Source: Octopus sinensis
Taxonomy: Eukaryota
Reading direction: 5' to 3'
Assembly: GCF_006345805.1 (NCBI RefSeq)
Contig: NC_043019.1
Span: forward strand, 868,001 to 932,000
Length of the DNA: 64,000 bases
Positions 37,686 to 51,439 of this stretch are shown here, piece after piece. The position numbers were made by a program, and so were the translations under genes. A model generated the notes under the pieces. That model made no database searches. It was given only the letters and a program-made list of their open reading frames with translations, and was not told the origin of the DNA. Numbering within the stretch: position 1 is the first letter of the stretch; the number at the start of each line of letters is the position of its first letter.

Positions 37686-38577
37686 TATATATATGAACGT
37701 GTGATTTTTACGTATTTGCTTCGTGTGGATGGATATTAACACAAGCATACACATGCATGCGCTCACAAAACATTAATTTAGTTGAACATACACATTTTTA
37801 TGTTGTCTTGTAATCCAAGCTAAAACTTGTTTAATAACACCCTGCTCAAAACGTGCTACCCGTCATCTCTTACATTTCTTTTCAGAACAAAATACGCCCG
37901 ACTACTTTGTTCAAAATGTCCACAGCCTTTTACGTTGGCGAGGGGTATCTCCGAGAGTAATTACACTGTTATCTTTAACAGATCTTGTGAACACACTGTT
38001 GTAATATGAATGTATATAAATGTATATTATATATCAATGTAAATCTTTCTTCTTTAAGTTATTGAAGTGTTAAGACAACTATAGAAAATTCAGAGTCACC
38101 TACTTTAAACTGCTTTAACATTTTCCACCTGACCAAAAATCTTAAGGTGAATCTAGAAGAATATAGCTTCTAAAGACATCATGTGTCACCTGACGGCTTG
38201 TTATTGATAGCGCCACCTGTTTGATGAATCGGTCGCACCTACATCAAATCACACCTTTCTTAAATAAAGAATGATGAAGCGGAAATTTTCACTCCTTGAT
38301 ACATAAATGAATTGATATAGTCGTGATATTAACACGTTTGCTTATAGTCCACTCCTGGGAAATTAGGTCAACAACAATAGTAACAGAACGTAAATTTGAT
38401 AGGGGAAAACTTTTATGGAAGTAACCCTTATATGATGCTTTTTCCAAAAAATCTATCAACACATATCATTAGTGTCGTTATTATTGTTATAATAATAATG
38501 ATAATAATAATAATAATAATAATAATGATAATAATTATAATAATAGTAATAATAATAATTATTATTATTATTATTAC

Positions 38578-38628
<51 letters not shown>

Positions 38629-38632
38629 CATT

Positions 38633-39700
38633 GAGTGAGAGAGCAGTGCATGCCATCAAAGTGACACTGGGGTAAAATATACGAAGCCCAATATACCCAT
38701 CATGACTACCCGTCTGATAAAGGTACACCAGCACATGCATCACAACCATATGTGCGCGACATGGTGATCTCATATCAAGATAAACAGCACATGACCTTGC
38801 AGGTGGGGCCCAGTTAGAATTTTCTTCAGGTTGAGTAGCCCATCCCGCTTAAACGGTCCCTGAATAATGGTTGTTTAAGGATGTTGAAAGAACCACCCAT
38901 GTTTCCAGAGGTGAATTATTCAAATCCCAAAGAATCCCTCTCAACACATGGCTATGATGCTCCCCCACTACTTCTGCTCGTGATCAGAGATGCGCATATC
39001 GTCAGCCACTAAGGGACATGCTCAACTGGTTACGGTCAAACAACTGACAAGCAAATCTGTGGTATTGAGCAGAATATTTGCTGTAGCCCATCTTTTATAC
39101 CAAGACAAAACAATGTACATGATAACACTTCCAATCAGTTACGATCAGATTATTATTATTATTATATTATTATTATTATCATTGAGTGAGAGAGCAGTGC
39201 ATGCCATCAAAGTGACACTGGGGTAAAATATACGAAGCCCAATATACCCATCATGACTACCCGTCTGATAAAGGTACACCAGGCACATGCATCACAACCA
39301 TATGTGCGCGACATGGTGATCTCATATCAAGATAAACAGCACATGACCTTGCAGGTGGGGCCCAGTTAGAATTTTCTTCAGGTTGAGTAGCCCATCCCGC
39401 TTAAACGGTCCCTGAATAATGGTTGTTTAAGGATGTTGAAAGAACCACCCATGTTTCCAGAGGTGAATTATTCAAATCCCAAAGAATCCCTCTCAACACA
39501 TGGCTATGATGCTCCCCCACTACTTCTGCTCGTGATCAGAGATGCACATATCGTCAGCCACTAAGGGACATGCTCAACTGGTTAAGGTCAAACAACTGAC
39601 AAGCAAATCTGTGGTATTGAGCAGAATATTTGCTGTAGCCCATCTTTTATACCAAGACAAAACAATGTACATGATAACACTTCCAATCAGTTACGATCAG

Positions 39701-39701
<1 letters not shown>
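38633..39701 (-). mobile_element. Tandem pair of a ~517-bp (ATT)n-embedded non-coding element
   Basis: 38633-39149 and 39184-39701 are nearly identical, share the same truncation point and are separated by (ATT)n. Confidence 0.8.
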
Positions 39702-39778
<77 letters not shown>

Positions 39779-39808
39779 TTTATTATAATAATATAATAAT
39801 AATGATAA

Positions 39809-39847
<39 letters not shown>

Positions 39848-39926
39848 TGTTATTATTATTATTATATTATTATTATTATTATTATTATAATGATAATTTT
39901 ATTATTATTATTATTATTATTATTAA

Positions 39927-39972
<46 letters not shown>

Positions 39973-40364
39973 ATTATTATTATCTAAGGTCGAGTTTATT
40001 TTATTCATCAGCAAAGGGAGCTCTTTTTTTTTAGAGAGAAGTGTGATTGTTACATTCAAAAATGGCAATATAATACCTACTTGGAAAAACAGATTATAAG
40101 GAACGTTCTTACAGTGTACGATCACTCTGAAACTGATTTCAGGTATGAAGGTCCCAACCCTGTCGTATCTGTGAATATAGTCCTTCTTTACCAGGACTGG
40201 ACAGGCAGAGATAATATGAGTTATTGTTTCTTGTCCATCTCCACATATTCTGCAGTTATATTTCTTTTCATTACATGTTTTTGGTAATTTCTGGAGGGGA
40301 GGCTTTGGTCTCTCTCTCTGCTTTGAGTCCTGAGCTTCTCAACCATTGCTGAGATTTTTTTGTA

Positions 40365-40414
<50 letters not shown>

Positions 40415-40419
40415 GTATT

Positions 40420-40849
40420 ATTCAGTAGTTTTATTTTTATAGCTCTCTTTCATTTCACTACCGAGCGCAGCTCTGTGTGCCTTGGGTATGTGCTGTGGTT
40501 TGTTGTGATGCTTTTATGGTTACTGTATTGAAGTGTTCTGCGTAGGATGTGTGCAGTGCCCAGTAGTGCAATTTTCTGAATGTTATATGTATTTGTATGT
40601 CCTGGTGTGTTTGTTATGCATTTGTCGGTATATTTTTTATCATATCTATGGCGCCTACTATGATAGGAATTGTTTCTGTTTTTAGATTCCAAATTCGAGT
40701 TACCTCTATTTCCAGCTCTTTGTAGTTTGAAAGTTTCCCCATTTCTTTTGGAGCCACGTTGTCATCTGCTGGTATTGATACATCAATTAGAAAGCATTTA
40801 TTTCTTCATGATCTCTGACAATTATATCTGGCCTATTGTACTTAATTTC

Positions 40850-40850
<1 letters not shown>
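40420..40850 (-). mobile_element. R4/Dong-like LINE 3' end bounded by (ATT)n
   Basis: Encodes YNIQKIALLGTAHILRRTL (ORF 40450-40692). Confidence 0.8.
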
Positions 40851-40900
<50 letters not shown>

Positions 40901-41456
40901 GAGTGAGAGAGCAGTTCATGCCATCTAAGTGCCGCTGGGGTAAAATATACGAAGCCCAATATACCCATCATGACTACCCGTCTGATAAGGGTACACCTGG
41001 CACATGCATCACAACCATATGTGCGCGACATGGTGATCTCATATCAAGATAAACAGCACATGACCTTACAGGTGGGGCCCAGTTAGAATATTCTTCAGGT
41101 TGAGTAGCCCATTCCGCTCAAAAGATCCCTGAATAAAGGTTGTTTAAGGATGTTGAAAGAACCACCCATGTTTCCAGAGGTGAATTATTCAAACCCCAAA
41201 GAATCCCTCTCAACACATGGCTATGATGCTTCCCCACTACTTCTGCTCGTGATAAGAGATGCACATATTGTCAGCCACTAAGGGACATGCTCAACTGGTT
41301 ACAGTCAAACAACTGGCAAGCAAATCTGTGGTATTGAGCAGAATATTTGCCGTAGCCCATCTTTCATACCAAGACAAAACAATGTACATGATAACACTTC
41401 CAATCAGTTAAGATCAGAAGCCATGAGAGCCACTGCCTGCTACTGCATCAGGGCAT

Positions 41457-41458
<2 letters not shown>
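40901..41458 (-). mobile_element. Longer copy of the (ATT)n-embedded non-coding element
   Basis: Same sequence as the 38633 copy with about 40 extra 5' bases. Both ends abut (ATT)n. Confidence 0.8.
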
Positions 41459-41505
<47 letters not shown>

Positions 41506-41531
41506 CATCATCCTCATCATCATCATCATCA

Positions 41532-41566
<35 letters not shown>

Positions 41567-41693
41567 TATTATTATCATTATTATTATTATTATCATCATC
41601 ATCATCTCATTATTATTATTATTATTATTATATTATTATATTATTATTATTATTATCATCATCATCATCATCATCATATCATCATTATTATTA

Positions 41694-41726
<33 letters not shown>

Positions 41727-41871
41727 CATTATAATTATTATTATTATTGTTATTATTATTATTATTATTATCATCATCATCATCATCATTATTATTATTA
41801 TTTTATTATATTATTATTATTATCATCTCATCATCATCATCATCATCATCATCTCATCATCATCATCATTA

Positions 41872-41915
<44 letters not shown>

Positions 41916-41929
41916 TATCATCATCATCA

Positions 41930-41999
<70 letters not shown>

Positions 42000-42059
42000 T
42001 ATTATTTTATTATTATTATTATTTTATTATTATATTTCATCATCATCATATCATCATCA

Positions 42060-42115
<56 letters not shown>

Positions 42116-42193
42116 ATCATCATCATCACCATCATCATCATTATTATTATATTATTATTATTATTATTATTATTATTATCATCATCATCATCA

Positions 42194-42226
<33 letters not shown>

Positions 42227-42245
42227 GATTATTATTATTATTATT

Positions 42246-42280
<35 letters not shown>

Positions 42281-42367
42281 TATTATTATTATTATTATTA
42301 TATTATTATATTATCATCATCACCATCATCATCATCATTATTATTATTATTTTATTATTATTATATT

Positions 42368-42435
<68 letters not shown>

Positions 42436-42621
42436 CATCATCATCGTCATCATCATCATATTATTATTATTATTATTATTATTACTATTATATTTTATTA
42501 TTATTATATCATCATCATCATCATCATCATCATCATATCATTATTATTATTATTATTATTATTATATTATTATTATTATTATTATTATTACTATTAATAT
42601 TATTATTATTATTATTATTAT

Positions 42622-42689
<68 letters not shown>

Positions 42690-42825
42690 TATTATTATTA
42701 TCATCATCATCATCATCATCATCATCATTATTATTATTATTATTATTATTATCATCATCATCATCATCATCATCATCATTATTATTATTATTATTATTAT
42801 TATCATATCATCATCATCATCATCA

Positions 42826-42859
<34 letters not shown>

Positions 42860-42900
42860 CATTATTATTATTATTATTATTATTATTGTTATTATTATTA
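41459..42900. repeat. ~1.45-kb compound (ATT)n/(ATC)n microsatellite
   Basis: Directly visible in the sequence. Confidence 0.95.
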
Positions 42901-44300
42901 TTTCAGTGCACTTCCGAGTGCTGTGAAATGAGCCTTGGATACGTGTCGTGTTTTCTTGTAGTCCTCCTATTTTCAATTCAAAGAAAGTGTTTTTATAGTA
43001 CTGCTATTTTCTGTATGTTATATATACGTGTAAGCCATGTTGTTTTTATTATGCGTTTGACTGAATGTTTTTATTATGATACCAAATACACCTGCGATAA
43101 TAGGAATTGATTCTGCTTTTAGGCTCGTCATGCGAGTTACTTCTATATCCAGATCCTTGTATTTTGAAAGTTTCTCTATTTCATTTACAGAAATGTCACC
43201 ATCTGGTATTGATACTTCTATTAGAAATCGTTTTTTCGTGGTAATTTCTGCCAACGATATCCGGCCTAGTGGCCTTAATTTCTTTATATGTCCATATTGC
43301 CATATCTCATAGTATTGTTGCTTTCTCATTTTCCTTGACCTTCCTGCGGTGTGCCTATGCCATCATTTTTCTGTTGTTATTCCATAGTGTTGGCATAGTT
43401 TCCAGTGTTCATAGGCCCCGACTCTGTCATGTCTATGAATATATTCCTTCTTAGCGCAGACGGAGTAGCCAGAGACAATGATTTATTATTTCTTCTCCAT
43501 CTCTACATATTCTGCAGTTGCTTGTATTTCTTTTCATCATGTGTGTTTGGTAATTTCTAGTGTGAAGGCTTTTGTCTTGTGCTGCAATTAAAAATCTTTC
43601 AGTCAATGCGTTAAGCCCTCAGCATCTCATCATTCTCGAGATATTGCTTTGTCTATATATTTTCTATTTAGTCACTTTTATTGCCATCGTTTTATCATGA
43701 TATGTTGCTGTTACAATTTCAGTATGGATTGAAGTTGTTTGACACCTTCTGTTGTTTCATCTTTCTCTTCGTAGCTGTTAGCTACTATAATTTCTTTGTT
43801 ATTTTCATCAACTCCCTTACAAACAGAAAACGGTCTTTGTTTTGTTCGTGTTTTGTCGCTATTTATATCAGTTTTCCTTGTTTCTGAAGTAGGCATTTCT
43901 GCAATCCTATGGAGGTTATTTTTTAATAGTTTTCTAGTTGTATAAGGCCTCAACCATCTTCGATACATTATATACACAGTATTTCTATGCCAGATCTTTT
44001 GTAGTTCATCCTAAACCCTGTCGTTACTTTTCTTGTTTTCCTGTCTATTTTGATTAGTTCATTTAGAGTCCAGTTAAGAATATTGCGGCTGTAACATATA
44101 ACTGTGACGCGTAGACTGTTCATTCCATTACAGTGCTTTTGTCATTGAGCTGTTTTCAGTATTAATCTTACTCGTCTGTAGTTTTCTTCTTTATTTTCTC
44201 TTTCATTTGTGTGTGTTGTATCGTATCTAGTTTATTGATTTCTAAGTATTTGTATGTCTGACTTTGGTCTAATTCTCTTATTTCATTTGCTTTACCTAGT
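42900..44300 (-). mobile_element. 5'-truncated R4/Dong-like LINE (RT C-terminus, RLE endonuclease, 3' end)
   Basis: Fragments LDQSQTYKYL, NWTLNELIKIDRKTRK and FLIEVSIPD...EIEKLSKYKDLDIEVTRM. The 3' end abuts the ATT array. Confidence 0.82.
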
Positions 44301-44858
44301 GTGATGCTATGATGAGGATTATGATAATAATAATAATAATAATAATAATATAATAATAATAATAATATTAATATTAATAATAATAATAATAATAATAATA
44401 TAATAATAATAATAATAATAATGATGATAATAATATTATTAACTATTATTATTATTATTGTTGTTGTTATTATTATTATTATTATTATATTATTATTATT
44501 ATTAGTATTATTATTATCACGATAATGATACCAAAAAGACAAATATGGTTATAGAGGATAAAATAAACCCTATAACATTAGCTATGCGATACCATACAAT
44601 AGAGATGATACTAAAGAAATTAAAGAAATTGACAAATCTCAAGATGTAGCCAGAGATTTGAAATGATTGTGGAAGTCCTAGGCGTCAATATTCCTGTACT
44701 GCCCACATCCTTAGAAAAACTTATCAATTTAGATGTATGTATTGTAATACATGAAGACATCTCGCTATTGCCTCTACCACTTCCCCTCCCCAAGCTCTCA
44801 GTCATACTGCAACAGCTCTTATGCTTCACTCGCCCTAGCATTCGGCCATCTCACCACT

Positions 44859-44899
<41 letters not shown>

Positions 44900-45227
44900 A
44901 ATAATATTGATAATAATACTACTACTACTAATAATAATAATAATGATAATAATAATGATAATAATGATAATATTAATAATAATAATAATGATGATAATGA
45001 TAACTCGACAAAGACACAAGTATTCGAAATATGGTTCAAACCAATAAAATATCTATCGCATCACGCTCCACTTATTTTCTATGTACCATTGTAAGTGACG
45101 ACAATCCTTTTAAAACATTATTCTTATTATTATTGATGTCATTGTTTTTGTGTTGTTATCATTTTTATTAGCATCTCCTTTCAATTCTGTTATAATAATG
45201 ATGATGATGATAATAATAATAATAATA

Positions 45228-45314
<87 letters not shown>

Positions 45315-46270
45315 TACTACAGACAGTACATAGATTTACCAAAGAAATATATATGAAATTTGGCTTTAAGATGTGCCAAAGCAACTCTGTAAGAAGGAAA
45401 ACTAGTTAAGAGTAGCAACATTACACTAGATAAAGCAAATAAAATAAGAGAATTGGACCGAAGCCAGGAATCAATGAACTAGTTACGATACAACACACAA
45501 ATGAAAGACAAATAAAAAAGAATACTAAAGATGATTTAGATTAATACTGAAAACAGAGCTCAATGCGAAAAACTAGACAATAGCTATGAACACTCTAGCT
45601 GTCCCAGTTATAAGTTACAGCTACAATATCCTTAACTGGACTCTAAATGAACTAATTAAAATAGACAGGAAAACAAGAAAAATAATAGGATTTAGAATGC
45701 ACAACACAAAATCTGACAAAGAAAGGTTATACATACATCGTATGTAAGGTGGTCGAAGCTTTATACAGCTAGAAAACTATAACAAATTAACCACCATAGG
45801 ATTACAGAAATACCTACTTCAGAAATAATGAAGACTAATATAAAGAGCCACAAAACATTAACAAAAAAATATTGCTTTCAGTCTTTAAGGAAGCTGACAA
45901 ATACAAATAGGAAATCATAATACCTAACAACTATGAAGAAAAAGAAGAAACCACAAAAGCTATAAAACAAATGAAATGCAAACTAAAACTGGAACAGCAA
46001 CGGATTGTGTTAAAACGATGGCAAGAAAAGTCCCTTCATGGCAAATACTGAGTTAAACTAAACGCAAAAAATATAGACAAAGCAAATTCCCAACAATGGG
46101 TGAGAAGCTCAGGTCTCAAAGCAGAGACTGAAAGATTTCTAATTGCAGCACAAGAACAAAGCTTCCCCACTAGAAATTACCAAAAGCCCATAATAAAAAA
46201 AAGAAACGGAGATGGACAAGAAACAATAAATCATTGGTTCTGTCTGCCCAGTCCTGGCTAAGAAGGAATA
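45315..46270 (+). mobile_element. R4/Dong-like LINE internal fragment
   Basis: Homologous to 43500-44300 in the opposite orientation. Encodes QQWVRSSGLKAETERFLIAAQEQSFPTRNYQK. Confidence 0.8.
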
Positions 46271-46274
46271 AACA

Positions 46275-46590
46275 TATTTTCATTTAACGGATATTTGTCC
46301 TGATTCGGCTGATATACCCTCAAGTCTTCATCAGGTGCCTTGGGGAAATTTCGAACCTGTGTTCTCATTCCTTAGGTGTTTTTCGATGTTATTATTATTA
46401 TTGTTTTATGTTTGACTTTTGCTTTACATTTGTACAAGTTGGCTCCAAGTCTCACACAGAGTCCTCAAGAGGCAACGAGTTGGAGGTTCATATTGGTGTT
46501 ATGCCTAGGGTGCAATATATTTGGTTTTGTACGGAGTTTTGTTCCAGAGAATGTTTAAGGAACCATAAGGATATTATGACTGTTTTAAAA
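46275..46590 (-). mobile_element. Probable PLE pLTR fragment with a degenerate hammerhead
   Basis: Minus strand: CTGATGA-AGACT(TGAGGGTATATC)AGCC-GAA. The region after GAA appears deleted. Confidence 0.4.
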
Positions 46591-46810
46591 TAATAAAAAA
46601 AATATTATTATTCAGATCACTGCACAGAATCGAACTCGGAATCTTCGGATTAGTGGCCCGCGCTCTTAACCCCAAGATTCCGATTGCCTCTCACCCTTAC
46701 GGGGTCGCGAAAGTTAAGTACCTGCGAAATACTAGGGTCGATAAATTCCTGTCATCCTCTCCCCCAAAACTGCAGTCCTTGTGGTAAAATTTGAAACTAT
46801 TATTATTATT

Positions 46811-47405
46811 AAGGCGGTGAGCTAGCAGAAAAGTCAACACGCCGGGCGAAATGCGTAGCCGTATTTCGTCTGCCGTTATATTCTGAGTTCAAATTCCGCC
46901 GAGGTCGAATTTGCCTTTCATCCTTTCGGGGTCGATTAAATAAGTACCAGTTATGCACTGGGTCAATATAATCGACTTAATCCGTTTGTCTGTCCTTGTT
47001 TGTCTTCTCTGTGGTTAGCCCCTTGTGGGTAGTAAAGAAATAGGTATTTCGTCTACCGCTACGTTCTGAGTTCAAATTCCGCCGAGGTCGCCTTTGCCTT
47101 TCATCCTTTCGGAGTCGATTAAATAATTACCAGTTACGCACTGGGGTCGTTATAATCGACTTAATCCGTTTATCTGTCCTTGTTTGTCCTCTCTTGTGTG
47201 TAGTAAAGAAATAGGTATTTTGGAAATTGTTAGTGGTATTTCGTCTGCCGCTATGTTCTGAGTTCAAATTCAGCCGAGGTAGACTTTGCCTTTCATGCGT
47301 TTGGGGTGGATAAATTAAGTACCAGTTGCATACTGGAATCGATCTAATTGACTGGCCCCCTCCCACCAAGTTTCAGTTTTTGTGTCTATAGTAGCAAGGA
47401 TTATT
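46811..47405 (+). repeat. SINE family A multimer
   Basis: A head-bearing monomer plus headless units joined at GAAATAG|GTATTT. Confidence 0.82.
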
Positions 47406-48094
47406 ATTTTTATCGTTGTTATTATTATATTAATTTATTTTGCTGTAAACTATCAAGTCATTGAGCTTCTTAGTTAATAGCTTTAGAACATACATACCTT
47501 TACATTGAAATCATCTATAGTTTATATAATCTACCATTTTATATCCCTTGGTACCCATGATAATTTAAATCTAAATTGATTGATATAGTTTGCTCTGATC
47601 TAACAGACGTTAGCAAAGTTCATTTATATTATAATTCAGTTCAAACTTCATCTGTATATCTTCCTTTTATCCTTATGCTGTAAATGATTGTAATTATAAT
47701 TTAGAAGCATCAAACAAATAGAAATGTGGACATAACATAATTGGTTTACGTAAGCAATGCATACTTCATTAAATATACTTAGAGTAGATATTAGTTCAGT
47801 CAACTTGGATACCGTATTAAATTATATTGCACTAAGATTTCACACTGTTGAACTCCGCGAAAATCTCTGAGTGCAAATACATTCCTGCTGTGTTTAAAAT
47901 GTTTTAATTATTAATTTATATCTTAAGGTATAGATTAAATACGGCGTTGTTGATGCACTGTACTGTAGGTTAGACATTTGAAGAAATATTTTCAAATTCA
48001 TAAGTGTTAACTTAAAATCTGTTTCAAGTTTTGAGAAATCCCAGTATTTAAAAGATAGGGAATAACTCGGTTACATTAACCCATTGCTTAACTG

Positions 48095-48817
48095 TTACTT
48101 ACTTTATAGATCCTACCAAGATGAAAGGCAAAGTCGAGTTAGGTGGGATTTGAACGCAGAACGTAATGACAGAAGAAATGCGGCTAGCATATAGTTCAAC
48201 ACGCTTACGATTCTTATTTCTTTATTGCCCACAAGGGGCTAAACAGAGAGGGGACAAACAAGGACAATAGTATCTTGATTAACTATACTGGAACTTATTT
48301 AATCGACCCCGAAAGGATGAAAGGCTAAGTCGACCTCGACGGAATTTGAACTCAGAATGTAGCGGCAGACGAATTACCGCTGAGAATTTCGCCCAACATG
48401 CTAACGTTTCTTATTTTCTATTGCCTACAAGGGGCTAAACATAGAGGGAAGAAACAAGGACAGACAAAATGGTTACGTTGATTACATCGACCCCAGGGCG
48501 TAACTGGAGCTTAATTTATCGACCACGAAACGATGAAAGGCAAAGTCGACCGCGGCAGAATTTGAACTCAGAACGTAGCTGCAGAAGAAATACCTATTTC
48601 TTTTCTATCCACAAGGGGCTAAACAGAGAGGGGACAAATTTGGACAGACGGATTAAGTCGATTACATCGACCCCAGTGCGTAACTGGTAATTAATTTATC
48701 GATCCTGCAAGGATAAAAGGCAAAGTCGACCTCGGCGGAAATTGAACTCAGAACATAACGGCAGACGAAATACCGGTAAGCACTTAGTCCGACATTCTAA
48801 AGATTCTGCCAGTTCAC
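48095..48817 (-). repeat. SINE family A multimer
   Basis: About four units with both junction types. Confidence 0.8.
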
Positions 48818-49096
48818 ACACTCACCTGTTAATATAAAATTAACACGTAATATACAACACACTTTTGTATCGAGCTGATGTAGCTTAGTTCAATTATGGA
48901 AATTTCTACTTATCTTCCACTTGAGAAAGTTTCTGTTTGTGTTTTGCATACATCAATCTATCATACACGCTGCAAAAGAGTCTCGCTTGTATCTGATGTT
49001 TACTTTAATCTATTTGCCTTCAGTTATTACACTGTATATTATTCCAATAATAAATAAATGTATGTATGTATCTATATCTATCTATCTATCTATCTA

Positions 49097-49127
<31 letters not shown>

Positions 49128-49129
49128 GT

Positions 49130-49166
<37 letters not shown>

Positions 49167-49283
49167 ATAATAAATATTAGGGAATAAATCCAAATTTACA
49201 GGGAAAAAATCAGATTTAGGATTAAATCCAATTTTATAGTAAAATATTATAATATTATTAGAGACAAATAATATTATATATAC

Positions 49284-49314
<31 letters not shown>

Positions 49315-49322
49315 CATACATA

Positions 49323-49387
<65 letters not shown>

Positions 49388-49390
49388 ATA

Positions 49391-49699
49391 TACTAGATAT
49401 AGAACGCCCGACCGAAATCCAGCATTGTATAAAGTTACACAAATTATATTTATGTGTATCTAGTTCTGGAAATTGTGTTTTGTAAACGACAGACTATGCT
49501 GATGATCTTGCAGATGATTACGTATCCATATACGTAAATATTAACAAGTGAAACTAATTAATTAGTACATAGGTAGTCGTTTTTTATTTCGTATATTTTT
49601 ATTTGTCTTGCTTATTTTTACGCTTTAGTTTTTTGCTGATTTTTTATTTGAGAAAACATACTTCGTAGAAAATGGCGATTTTGACGTCTATATCTAGTA
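49391..49699. mobile_element. MITE-like element with short TIRs
   Basis: TACTAGATATAGA at 49391 and TCTATATCTAGTA ending at 49699, in a TA context. Confidence 0.5.
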
Positions 49700-49967
49700 T
49701 ACAAGCTGTCCACGCTTAGTGGTCAGTCCTCTAAATTTTGTATATATATATATATATAAAGAGAAAGGGAGATATGTATGTCTGCGTGTAGATATAGAGA
49801 AATAGAGAAGAAAAGGGAGACAGAGACAAAGGAAATAATGTCGAATAGAGAATGCACAATTCTTTTCCCGCTGCAGTCAACTGAATCATGCAGAAATATA
49901 TCCTTAAACAACGATTTCATTTATCACCTAGGGATTTTAAATATAATTATTATATATATATATATAT

Positions 49968-50004
<37 letters not shown>

Positions 50005-50915
50005 TGTGTGTGTGTGTGTGTGTGTTTATTGTATGTGTGTATATGTGTGTGTGTGTGTATGTGTGTGTTAGTGGTGTGTGAGTGTGTGTGTGTACACTTA
50101 GGCTATTCGAATTCAGTGAAAACGTACTACGATGTACTGACTAAATTATTCCTAAATTCATTAAGACTATATAATTGCTTTAAAATAATATATTTATTTT
50201 GCAAAAGTATTGATTAGTATAGTATACTGTCTACTTTAGTTGAAGGATAAGATCAAGGCATTAAACACGTACATTACAACAACTGTCGATCCTTGAGATA
50301 GTTTTTGATAATAACTTTGGAATGTGTTAATAAATATTTGAAGATTGTGATTGTAATAACGAATTTTGAAATCATATGATTAATCACAATTGGTAAAGGA
50401 ATTTTTGTTTTACCCGTTATTCTTTTTATACATACGTGAGTTGTGTATAAATAAACAATAAGTGAATGAACGACTGAGGTAAGGTTAATTGATTGCAAAT
50501 TAAATAAATTATTTAATATCAAAAGACATCTTAATTCTAGTATCGCTATTCAAAATGGAGCCTAAACAGTTTTGACAAGCGACTTGAACTTCAGAGCTTC
50601 AAAGCAAATAAGTATTTTATACACCCGCCCACACCTATATATGTATATATATATATCCACACACACACACACCACACACACACACACATATATATTATAA
50701 TATATATATATATATTATATATACACACACACACACACTATATATATATATATATAGGCGCAGGCGTGGCTGTGTCTTAAGACTTTTGCCCTTCAACCAC
50801 ATGGTGCTGTTCAATCTCAATGTATGACACCATTCACATCTCTCCTCTACTATACCCAAGAAGTAACCAAAGACTTACGAGTTGATTTGACTAACAGAAA
50901 CTAAATTATAAATTA

Positions 50916-51325
50916 AAGACGGCGAGCTGGCAGAAACGTTAGCACACCGGGCGAAATGCTTAGCAGTATTTCGTCAGCCGCTACTTCTGAGTTCAAATTC
51001 CACCCAGGTCGACTTTGCCTTTCATCCTTGCGGGGGCGATTAAATAAGTACCAGTTGTGCATTGGAGTCGATATAATCGGCTTAATCCGTTTGTCAGTCC
51101 CCTTTTTGTTTAGCCCCTTGTGGGTAGTAAAGAAATATGTATTTCGTCAGCTGTTACGCTCTGAGTTCAAATTCCGCAGCGGTCGACTTTGCCTTTCATC
51201 CATTCGGGGTCGATAAATTAAGTACCACTTACGCACTGGGGTCGATATAATCGCTTAATCCCTTTGTCTGTCTTTGTTTGTCCCGTCTATGTTTAGCCCC
51301 TTGTGGGCAATAAAGAAATAAGAAA
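50916..51325 (+). repeat. SINE family A dimer
   Basis: Junction GAAATAT|GTATTTCG at about 51135. Confidence 0.85.
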
Positions 51326-51343
51326 TTAACTAACCCCGTTGCA

Positions 51344-51374
<31 letters not shown>

Positions 51375-51375
51375 G

Positions 51376-51439
<64 letters not shown>

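Noticed and set aside
41747-42931. 394-aa ORF of poly-I/L/S/H/Y
   Set aside because: It is a translation of the ATT/ATC microsatellite, which lacks stop codons on this strand. It has no protein-like complexity.
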